From an uncultured Eubacteriales bacterium (lineage in GTDB: Bacteria; Bacillota; Clostridia; Oscillospirales; CAG-272): a stretch of 29,466 nucleotides of DNA. Location of the stretch: contig CASEEB010000223.1 in the NCBI GenBank assembly GCA_949286815.1, forward strand, positions 1-29,466. The letters are read 5' to 3'. The notes under the pieces are model-generated. The model was not told the origin of the DNA and made no database searches. It saw nothing but the letters and a program-made list of their open reading frames with translations. Each line of letters begins with the position of its first letter. The stretch's first letter is position 1. Positions 1 to 6,843 of this stretch are shown here, one piece after another. Made by a program: the position numbers and the translations under genes.

Positions 1-188
1 GTGAAGGGTGTAAAACCAAGCCGAAATTGGTTGATAATCAGTAGACACACGGCTCCGACAAGACTGCTGAGAAAAGTAAAAATAAATGTGGCGCCGATAC
101 CGCTGCCGCTTTGCTGCTGATATTGTTTATTGAATAAAAATTGAATTCCGAATAAAATTACCGAAAGGGTTAATAAACCGTAGTACAT
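1..188 (-). CDS. N-terminal part (runs off the window edge) of a probable DMT/EamA-like membrane transporter
   Basis: Manual translation from ATG at 188: MYYGLLTLSVILFGIQFLFNKQYQQQSGSGIGATFIFTFLSSLVGAVCLLIINQFRLGFTPF, with no stop before the edge. Two hydrophobic helices, an AAAGGA RBS upstream, and divergent from an AraC gene. Not in the ORF track. The family call is by resemblance only. Confidence 0.6.
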   Translation of the reverse strand, partial: MYYGLLTLSVILFGIQFLFNKQYQQQSGSGIGATFIFTFLSSLVGAVCLLIINQFRLGFTPF

Positions 189-228
189 TTCAAAGTTTCC
201 TTTACGTCTGGCTGTAAAACTATATACA

Positions 229-257
229 ATTATACCATGTTAAAAACCGGGCGTAAA
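229..257 (-). promoter_or_regulatory. Sigma-A-type promoter for the transporter gene
   Basis: On the minus strand: TTTACG (257-252), 17 bp spacer, TATAAT (234-229), preceded by the extended -10 TG. Confidence 0.6.
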
Positions 258-287
258 TGGAATTATACCATAAATATATGGAATTAT
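257..287. promoter_or_regulatory. Direct repeat ATGGAATTAT x2 with 21 bp period; putative AraC-family operator
   Basis: Exact 10-mer at 257-266 and 278-287, between the two divergent -35 elements. About 21 bp half-site spacing is typical of AraC/XylS sites. Confidence 0.45.
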
Positions 288-289
288 TC

Positions 290-318
290 TTGACAAATCC
301 GAAAGGTTCGGGTATAAT
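290..318 (+). promoter_or_regulatory. Consensus sigma-A promoter of the AraC gene
   Basis: TTGACA (290-295), 17 bp spacer, TATAAT (313-318). Confidence 0.85.
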
Positions 319-351
319 ATTCGGTATATATGACCTTTGGAGGATTAAAGT

Positions 352-1164
352 TTGAAGGATAATAATATCTGTAAATTCAATATCAATGAATCGGGCAATA
401 TTGTTTGCTCCAGATTTGTTTTTGAAACACAGAATTCACAGGCAAATCCCAACTTTTATGATGATCATGTTTTGGGAATCATAATAAGCGGAAGGGCTTT
501 ATTTACATTGAACGAGCGCCAAACCGAACTGAATTGCGGCGATATTTTTATTGTAAGAAAAGAGAGAGTATTTTCATTAGAGAAGCGTGGCGAACTCGAA
601 TATTCATATATATGCTTTCACGGCAGACGGGCGGACGAACTGCTCGAACGGGTCGGAATAAACGGGGAATTCTGTGTTTATAAAGGTTATGGATATCTTG
701 CGGATTTCTGGATGGAAACCATATATAAATCGGAAGATAAAAATCTTGACCTATTCAGTGAATCGGTAGTATTGTATACGCTTGCGCATTTGAGCACGGT
801 TAAGAAACAGCAAAGCGACCGTATGGCTCGGATTCTGAAAATAATAGACGAAAATTTTACGAATCCGGAATTTACACTGTCAAGCCTTGCGGAACAGATT
901 GGTTATAATGTAAAGTATCTTTCCTCTTTATTCAATAAAGAGCAGGGTGAGCCATTTACGCAATATTTGCGTGAGTTACGCATCAAGCGTGCGCTTTTTT
1001 TAATGGAACAGGGGCTCGTCAGTGTGAAAAATATCGCCATTCTTTCAGGTTTCGGCGATGCTTTATATTTTTCTAAACTTTTCAAGCAGGTCTATGGTGT
1101 ATCGCCGAAAAAATATATTGAAAAATTATCCGAAGCGACCAAATTGCCGGATGGTTCAAACTGA
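352..1164 (+). CDS. AraC/XylS family transcriptional regulator (cupin-like N-domain plus double HTH)
   Basis: GGAGG RBS before the TTG start. C-terminal TLSSLAEQIGYNVKYLSSLF and VKNIAILSGFGDALYFSKLFKQVYGVSPKKY match the AraC signature. Confidence 0.92.
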   Translation: MKDNNICKFNINESGNIVCSRFVFETQNSQANPNFYDDHVLGIIISGRALFTLNERQTELNCGDIFIVRKERVFSLEKRGELEYSYICFHGRRADELLERVGINGEFCVYKGYGYLADFWMETIYKSEDKNLDLFSESVVLYTLAHLSTVKKQQSDRMARILKIIDENFTNPEFTLSSLAEQIGYNVKYLSSLFNKEQGEPFTQYLRELRIKRALFLMEQGLVSVKNIAILSGFGDALYFSKLFKQVYGVSPKKYIEKLSEATKLPDGSN

Positions 1165-1255
1165 TATTTATCTTTGTCGGAGCGCTTTTGTTGTGGTGTT
1201 ATATATAGGTCAAGAGAGTGAAAGTCGGTATATTTAAAAAAAGCATTGGCAGAGG

Positions 1256-1284
1256 TTGAAATTTTAAGCAAAATATGTTATAAT
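1256..1284 (+). promoter_or_regulatory. Sigma-A promoter about 195 nt upstream of rimM
   Basis: TTGAAA (1256-1261), 17 bp spacer, TATAAT (1279-1284), with extended -10 TG. Confidence 0.7.
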
Positions 1285-1316
1285 ATTGATATATACAATG
1301 TAAAGAACTCAAAAAA

Positions 1317-1428
1317 TAAAGTTTACCGTTTTGTATACAGGGTGAAGTTGCTGTATACGGCAGTTTTGCTTTTGCAAAACCGTAAGGCGGTCTGAGACCG
1401 GAGTGGGACAAGTTGAAAAAGGGCTTTA
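1317..1428 (+). ncRNA. Candidate structured RNA or leader (unassigned)
   Basis: Hairpins GTATACAG/CTGTATAC (1333-1358), GTTTTGC/GCAAAAC (1363-1380) and CGGTC/GACCG (1388-1400), with a possible closing helix 1317-1324/1421-1428, downstream of a good promoter. No family recognised. Confidence 0.3.
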
Positions 1429-1453
1429 CGCTCAGGTTATAAAAGTATAAAAT
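1425..1453 (+). promoter_or_regulatory. Possible second, proximal promoter for rimM
   Basis: TTTACG (1425-1430), 17 bp spacer, TAAAAT (1448-1453). Confidence 0.4.
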
Positions 1454-1479
1454 ATTCATTTTGTTAACGGACAGGGATT

Positions 1480-1989
1480 ATGAGATTAAAATATCTGGAA
1501 TGCGGTAAAATAATTAATACCCACGGAATCGCGGGCGAGGTGAAAGTAGAGTCCTATTGCGATACGCCGCGGATTTTATCCAACCTTAAAATCGTTTTTT
1601 ATAAAAAAGGTGATGATCTGTGCGGACTGAAAAATTTAGGAGCGTATGTGCACAAAGGTTTTGTTATTATGAAACTTGAGGGAATTACCGATATAGACAC
1701 CGCGTCATCCTACAAGGGCAGAATTCTTTATGCGGACAGAGAGGAATTTACACTTAAAGAAGGCAGCTTCTTTTTGGCTGATCTTATCGGTCTCGATGTT
1801 ATTGACAACAAAAGCGGTGAGGTTTACGGAAAAGTCACGGACGTTATAAACCGAGGGGCGTCGGACATCTATGTGGTAGAAACTCCGCAAGGAGAGAAGA
1901 TGGTTCCCGCCGTAGAGGAATTTATTAAGAAAGTAGATATTGACAGAGGGATATTTGTAGAGCCTATAGAGGGACTTTTGCGGGATTGA
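1480..1989 (+). CDS. rimM: 16S rRNA processing protein / ribosome maturation factor RimM
   Basis: GKIINTHGIAGEV N-terminal motif, LIGLDV...G.V.DV...GASDIYVV PRC-barrel, 169 aa, immediately upstream of trmD. Confidence 0.96.
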   Translation: MRLKYLECGKIINTHGIAGEVKVESYCDTPRILSNLKIVFYKKGDDLCGLKNLGAYVHKGFVIMKLEGITDIDTASSYKGRILYADREEFTLKEGSFFLADLIGLDVIDNKSGEVYGKVTDVINRGASDIYVVETPQGEKMVPAVEEFIKKVDIDRGIFVEPIEGLLRD

Positions 1990-2010
1990 GCTCGGACTTG
2001 AGGATTATTT

Positions 2011-2712
2011 ATGGTGAGGTTTGATATAATGACGCTGTTTCCGGAGCTTGTCGATTATGTCCTCGGAGAAAGTGTTATAGGCAGAGCGAGAAAAAACGGA
2101 AAAATCAGCGTAAATACTTATAATATCAGAGATTATTCGGAAGACAGGCATCGGCGTGTGGATGATACGCCATACGGAGGGGGAAAGGGTATGCTTATGA
2201 TGGCTCCTCCCATTTACAATTGTTATGAATCCATAATCAATGAGCAGAGAAATTCCGGTTACTCTCCGGATAAGCGCCGAGTGATTTATATGTCCCCGTG
2301 CGGAAGCCTTTTTAATCAGAAAAAGGCGGAGGAACTTTCCGAATATGATAATATAATAATTCTGTGCGGGCATTATGAGGGCGTCGATTTCAGAGTGATT
2401 GAAGAAATCGTCGACGAGGAAATCTCGATAGGAGATTATGTGCTGACCGGTGGAGAAATTCCGGCATGTATACTTACCGACTGTGTCAGCCGGCTTGTGC
2501 CGGGGGTGCTCTCCGACCCGGAATGTTATGAAAATGAAAGCATATCTTCCGGTATGCTTGAATATCCGCAGTATACAAGACCTTATGAATTTCACGGCGT
2601 AAAAGTGCCGGATGTGCTGATTTCGGGTCATCACGCCAATATTGAAAGTTGGCGCAGGGAAGCTGCGAGGCGAATCACACTTGAGAAAAGACCTGACCTG
2701 TTGGAAAAGTAA
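2011..2712 (+). CDS. trmD: tRNA (guanine37-N1)-methyltransferase
   Basis: [40 protein letters not shown] and LEYPQYTRP motifs. Confidence 0.98.
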   Translation: MVRFDIMTLFPELVDYVLGESVIGRARKNGKISVNTYNIRDYSEDRHRRVDDTPYGGGKGMLMMAPPIYNCYESIINEQRNSGYSPDKRRVIYMSPCGSLFNQKKAEELSEYDNIIILCGHYEGVDFRVIEEIVDEEISIGDYVLTGGEIPACILTDCVSRLVPGVLSDPECYENESISSGMLEYPQYTRPYEFHGVKVPDVLISGHHANIESWRREAARRITLEKRPDLLEK

Positions 2713-2756
2713 ACATTTGTCCGTAAATATATCAGTCAAAAGGAGGTGAACGTAAG

Positions 2757-4778
2757 ATGACTACCGATACAAACAGCAACAAGAGCATAGAAAAAAACAG
2801 CATCGGCGGAAAAGGCGGGAAAACGGTAAAAAGAAAATCGCGCTCGCTTATAGTACATTATCTGAATATGTTTACCGCCTTTATATATTCTTTGTTCAGA
2901 CAGGGCAGGATAGGGCGCTTTATCTCCGGAAACGATGATTTTTTTGAAGAAAGCTACGTGGGGCATTTGCTTGAAGGCGGAAAATCCGGCAAAAACCGTA
3001 AAAGACCGCTTGCCGCGGCGCTTGAAAACGGTTTCGCGGCTAAAAGAGTCAAAAAAACCGGATATTCGCTGCTTACTATGTCCTGCAATGTATACGGACT
3101 TTTCTTCCTTGTATACGGGGCGGCGACCGTGATTTTATATTACGCGCTGCTGTTTATAACTAACGAATATAACAACGGGGTAGGCGGTCTGCTTACCGGA
3201 GTATCGGTGATAATCTGTTCGCTTCCGCTTATAATGAAAAATTGTTCCGTGGCGGAAACGCTTCGTACAAGCCGTCTGGGACGCAGGTTGGTGTTTAACT
3301 ATTTCTGCATACCCGAAGAGAATCTGAATCTTGAGAAAAAGCTCGGCGGAACGGCTTATATGCTGGTTGCCTCGTTCGCGGGTCTTGCTTTCGGAGCGTT
3401 GACGTATTTTGTTCACCCGCTGTACCTTCCGTTGCTGTTTGTCGCGCTGGCCATATTGTTTACCGTCCTTGCAAGTCCCGAGACAGGGGTTATAATTACG
3501 GTGACATTTGTCCCGTTTTTAAGGTATTTGTCAATATCATATGAAATTCTGATACTTATGATGGGGATCACGACGCTGTCTTATCTGCTGAAGATATTGA
3601 GGGGAAAAAGGACTATAAGTTTTTCACCGGCAGGCGTTATGGTTATCCTGTACGCCGCTTCGATAATTATTTCGGGGATAAATTCGGAAGCCGGTTATAA
3701 GGCTTTTGTACAGTCGCTTGCCAGCGCGTTTATAATTCTCGGGAGCTTTTTTATGGCGCATAACCTGATGCGCTCTGATAAAAAATCCGATGTATGCGTA
3801 AAGGTTCTTTCGTTTTTGGTTGTCTTTATATCTGTTTTGGATTTGGCTCTTCTTTATTACTCGGCTGTTTCGGACGGTTTGATTTACTCTGTCAGAAATC
3901 AGTTCAAAGTTGTCCTGAGCGAGAGCGCGGCGGATGTTACTTACGGAGTGGAAATATTCGGGCTGTTTGCCGCCATGGTATCGCCCTTGCTTATTTCAAA
4001 ATGCTTTTCACAAAAGCGGATTTACGGTGTTGTCTCGACGCTGCTGTGCTTTATGACAATATTGTGCAATACTTATCTGTCGGGCAGCTATGAGAATCTT
4101 GTGGCGCTTTGCATAGGAGTTGTGCTTTATTTGATTTTATACGGGCATAAGACTCTGACCGCTGTTCTGATTATCGCTCTGCCGGCGTCTGCGTTTCTGA
4201 TAATGTATCCGTATTTTTTAAATCATTTCGGCTTCAGACCGTTGGGAGAATTTTTAAATAAGTATCTGCCGGGAATCGACTCTTCTTCTCCGTATGTCGG
4301 AGAGATATCGTCGTGTGTGCTTGATATGATAGGCGACGGGCATCTTGGCGGCATAGGCGCCGGGGACTATGCGTTTGGACGTGTCTTTCCACGTTACGCA
4401 AACGCGGTTTCAGCGTCGGCGTCGGATCCGGGAACTTTGTATATGCAGGTTTTGTGCTGGTCCGGCGTCGTAGGCTTTTTGATATTTGCGGCGTTTATAC
4501 TGTTCCTTGTCCGCTCAGGTCTCGGGTATATAAAAATTTCGTCTGACAGTCGCGCGAAATCGCGCACGTTGGCGCTGTTTTGCGGGTTTATAACGGCTCT
4601 TCTTTACGGAGCGGTGAGTTGCATATGGAGTGACACCGGAGGTTTTTATATTTTCTGGTTGATTGCCGGTATGCTCTCGGGAAGTGTCAGCTCGGGACAC
4701 GAAAAAGAAAAGCAGAAAGAAGCGTACATGGGTAAGTCGCCCAAGGACACGGATATTTCTTTAAAGTCTTTATATTGA
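2757..4778 (+). CDS. Polytopic membrane protein, O-antigen ligase/Wzy_C-like fold with degenerate catalytic motifs
   Basis: Many hydrophobic helices. The C-terminal loop LDMIGDGHLGGIGAGDYAFGRVFPRY followed by LYMQVLCWSGVVG matches the WaaL/PglL-like pattern. Perfect RBS AAGGAGGTGA. Confidence 0.65.
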   Translation: MTTDTNSNKSIEKNSIGGKGGKTVKRKSRSLIVHYLNMFTAFIYSLFRQGRIGRFISGNDDFFEESYVGHLLEGGKSGKNRKRPLAAALENGFAAKRVKKTGYSLLTMSCNVYGLFFLVYGAATVILYYALLFITNEYNNGVGGLLTGVSVIICSLPLIMKNCSVAETLRTSRLGRRLVFNYFCIPEENLNLEKKLGGTAYMLVASFAGLAFGALTYFVHPLYLPLLFVALAILFTVLASPETGVIITVTFVPFLRYLSISYEILILMMGITTLSYLLKILRGKRTISFSPAGVMVILYAASIIISGINSEAGYKAFVQSLASAFIILGSFFMAHNLMRSDKKSDVCVKVLSFLVVFISVLDLALLYYSAVSDGLIYSVRNQFKVVLSESAADVTYGVEIFGLFAAMVSPLLISKCFSQKRIYGVVSTLLCFMTILCNTYLSGSYENLVALCIGVVLYLILYGHKTLTAVLIIALPASAFLIMYPYFLNHFGFRPLGEFLNKYLPGIDSSSPYVGEISSCVLDMIGDGHLGGIGAGDYAFGRVFPRYANAVSASASDPGTLYMQVLCWSGVVGFLIFAAFILFLVRSGLGYIKISSDSRAKSRTLALFCGFITALLYGAVSCIWSDTGGFYIFWLIAGMLSGSVSSGHEKEKQKEAYMGKSPKDTDISLKSLY

Positions 4779-4842
4779 TACTGAGTATCTGATTTATTTG
4801 GAAACAGATCTGCCGCATCCGGCGGAAAGGGGAGGAATTCGT

Positions 4843-5487
4843 ATGGGAGAAAACAGAAAGCAGAACAACGATGAGTATAAGGATCTCAGACAGGCTGACA
4901 GCGAGAAATCCGACAGTATAAATTCATTGCTGTCCGCGGCAAACGGGGCTGATTTTCTTCAGAAAGAAAAAAGAATGCGCGAAAAGGAGAGGGGAATAAC
5001 CGTAGCCACGAAGGTGACAAAAACCGAGATATCCCCCGTGCTTGATGTTTTGATCTCTTTGCTTTTGCTCCTGTTTATCGCGGCGATAATCGCCGGAGCT
5101 TATTTCGCGTTCAGATATTTTTCAAACGATTATGAGGAAAGGACAGTGGTGTATTATTTTTTGACGGATGTTGACCCCGGTATGACGGATGAGGAATCCG
5201 GGTTTAGGGGCGAAGACGTATATTTTGACATTGATGAAGGAACCACATTGTTTTTCGGTACCGTGACGGGTATTCAAGAGGGCATCGAAGTGACAGAAAA
5301 CGGCGACGCGGGAAATTACGACGCAACCGGTGTTATAATAAAAATCAGAGTGAATGCCAAATTCAGAGAGGGAGAAGGATATACTCTTGACGACAGCAGA
5401 CTTGCGGTAGGCAGTCAGTATACTTTGCGTTGTAACGGACATGAATATTCCGGAAGTGTGGTTGAACTGTACGAGGAAGCGTCCTGA
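4843..5487 (+). CDS. Single-pass membrane protein, DUF4330-like
   Basis: ATG at 4843 with a GGAGG RBS is preferred over the TTG at 4798. One TM helix (VLDVLISLLLLLFIAAIIAG) then a beta-rich extracellular domain ending LAVGSQYTL...SGSVVEL, which resembles the next gene. Confidence 0.55.
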   Translation: MGENRKQNNDEYKDLRQADSEKSDSINSLLSAANGADFLQKEKRMREKERGITVATKVTKTEISPVLDVLISLLLLLFIAAIIAGAYFAFRYFSNDYEERTVVYYFLTDVDPGMTDEESGFRGEDVYFDIDEGTTLFFGTVTGIQEGIEVTENGDAGNYDATGVIIKIRVNAKFREGEGYTLDDSRLAVGSQYTLRCNGHEYSGSVVELYEEAS

Positions 5488-5590
5488 CCTTTTGTCTGTC
5501 GGATCTATGTTTGCAACGAATGCAATATTTCGGAAAGGATAGTACCGTGCGTGAAGCAAAGATTGCTTGAGAGCGGATGTTTTGATGAGT

Positions 5591-6187
5591 ATGGATAACG
5601 GTAAATTCAAAAGAAAAATAAATGCGTTTGATATTTTTGTCATTTTTTTGGTACTCTGCCTGTTGGGTACTCTGATTTTCAGAATGTACAGAGGAGTCGC
5701 GCGTGAAAGAAACAATGAAAAAGCCGAGTTCATTATGCAGTTTGACTGTAACGAAGGCTTTGACAGTATGTCCGAATACGTAAAGGAGGGTGACAGGGTA
5801 TATCTGTCCTCCTCGGGTACATTGTTGGGATATATAATTAAAGACAGTGAAAATACGGGAAACGCTCTGTATGAAAATAATACGGTCGGTACGGAGCAAA
5901 CTTCGGAGTCGGCAAGCGAAAATACCGAGGAAGCGGGCACGGACACGGATCGGCTGAATTCGGCGGACAGTGAAAAAAACGAGGAACTGACTACTATGGA
6001 TATGTCATATAATGTAGTAAGCTTATCGGGAGAGATGAGACTGAACGGAAACCTGCAAAGAAGCTCCGGCGGCAATTATTTTGTTTTGGAGGATGTAAAT
6101 ATTACTGTCGGCAGCAGACTTACGGTATATACGGATAACGTTGAATTTACAATCACTGTTGTGGATATCCGGGAAATTGAAGAATAA
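5591..6187 (+). CDS. DUF4330-like single-pass membrane protein
   Basis: KFKRKINAFDIFVIFLVLCLLG N-terminus and ITVGSRLTV...TITVVDI C-terminus are typical of DUF4330. Start is uncertain (5567 TTG, 5585 ATG or 5591 ATG). Confidence 0.65.
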   Translation: MDNGKFKRKINAFDIFVIFLVLCLLGTLIFRMYRGVARERNNEKAEFIMQFDCNEGFDSMSEYVKEGDRVYLSSSGTLLGYIIKDSENTGNALYENNTVGTEQTSESASENTEEAGTDTDRLNSADSEKNEELTTMDMSYNVVSLSGEMRLNGNLQRSSGGNYFVLEDVNITVGSRLTVYTDNVEFTITVVDIREIEE

Positions 6188-6250
6188 TGGAAAAGTTTAG
6201 TGAAACCATATGTTTTTTGGCGGACACTTGTATATTATGTAAAAAATACA

Positions 6251-6279
6251 GTGAAAAATATGTGAAATATTTTTCACAT
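6251..6279. promoter_or_regulatory. Nested palindromes upstream of the ptsH promoter; putative operator
   Basis: GTGAAAAATAT-gtgaa-ATATTTTTCAC (11 bp arms, 6251-6277) overlapping ATGTGAAA-TATT-TTTCACAT (6260-6279). Confidence 0.4.
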
Positions 6280-6285
6280 TGACTC

Positions 6286-6314
6286 TTGATTTTAATTCTG
6301 TTTTTTGATATACT
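6286..6314 (+). promoter_or_regulatory. Sigma-A promoter of ptsH
   Basis: TTGATT (6286-6291), 17 bp spacer, TATACT (6309-6314), with extended -10 TG. Confidence 0.55.
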
Positions 6315-6465
6315 ATAAACAGTGGTTATTATACTTTGTACGTTTTCATACAAGTCAGAAAGTGTATTGTGTCCGGCGCCTGTTATTTAATAATGTTCTT
6401 TTTCGCGTGTGAATTTTTGCGGTATGCGGAAAAGAAAATGATCTAAGAGGAGTATTTTTAGCAAA

Positions 6466-6729
6466 ATGAAATCTCGCGAAGTGGTTATTACAAATTCAAG
6501 CGGTCTTCATGCAAGACCTGCCACCTTTTTTATTCAAAAAGCGAACTGTTACAAATCAACTATTTTGGTTGAAAAGGATGACAGAAAGGTAAATGCCAAG
6601 AGTCTGCTTGGTGTTCTTTCTCTCGGAATAGCAAAGGGTATGACAATTAATATCATTGCCGACGGTCAGGATGAGGATGTCGCGCTGGACGGTCTTGTTT
6701 CTCTTATAAATTCCGGATTTAATGAATAA
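6466..6729 (+). CDS. ptsH: HPr family phosphocarrier protein
   Basis: GLHARP (His15) and NAKSLLGV (Ser46) signatures, 87 aa, AGAGGAG RBS. Confidence 0.96.
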   Translation: MKSREVVITNSSGLHARPATFFIQKANCYKSTILVEKDDRKVNAKSLLGVLSLGIAKGMTINIIADGQDEDVALDGLVSLINSGFNE

Positions 6730-6759
6730 TTGAATTAAAAAATAATACATGTATGTGAT

Positions 6760-6812
6760 CGGCGCAGAAAGAAATTGCCTTGTGTAAGGTTATTGTTCTG
6801 CGCCGTTTGTTG
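6760..6812 (+). terminator. Hairpin / probable leaky intrinsic terminator after ptsH
   Basis: Perfect 10 bp arms CGGCGCAGAA (6760-6769) and TTCTGCGCCG (6796-6805), inner CCTT/AAGG stem, followed by TTTGTTG. Confidence 0.55.
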
Positions 6813-6843
6813 TCAGGTTTTGAATGACCAAAGGGGGAATGTT

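Noticed and set aside
1199-1459. 86 aa minus-strand ORF in the araC-rimM gap
   Set aside because: No convincing RBS or family features; the region is better explained by plus-strand promoters and hairpins.
2005-2739. 244 aa minus-strand ORF over trmD, and similar antisense ORFs over uvrC, the hydrolase, lexA, ABC genes, nrdD and trxB
   Set aside because: Each mirrors a well-supported gene on the other strand and has no protein-like motifs.
5122-6075. 317 aa minus-strand ORF
   Set aside because: Antisense to two credible genes, no RBS or recognisable motif; treated as a shadow ORF despite its length.
6260-6279. Rex or CRP box at ptsH
   Set aside because: Spacer is 6 nt between TGTGAA and TTCACA (Rex needs 4) and 8 nt between TGTGA and TCACA (CRP needs 6); kept only as an unassigned palindrome.
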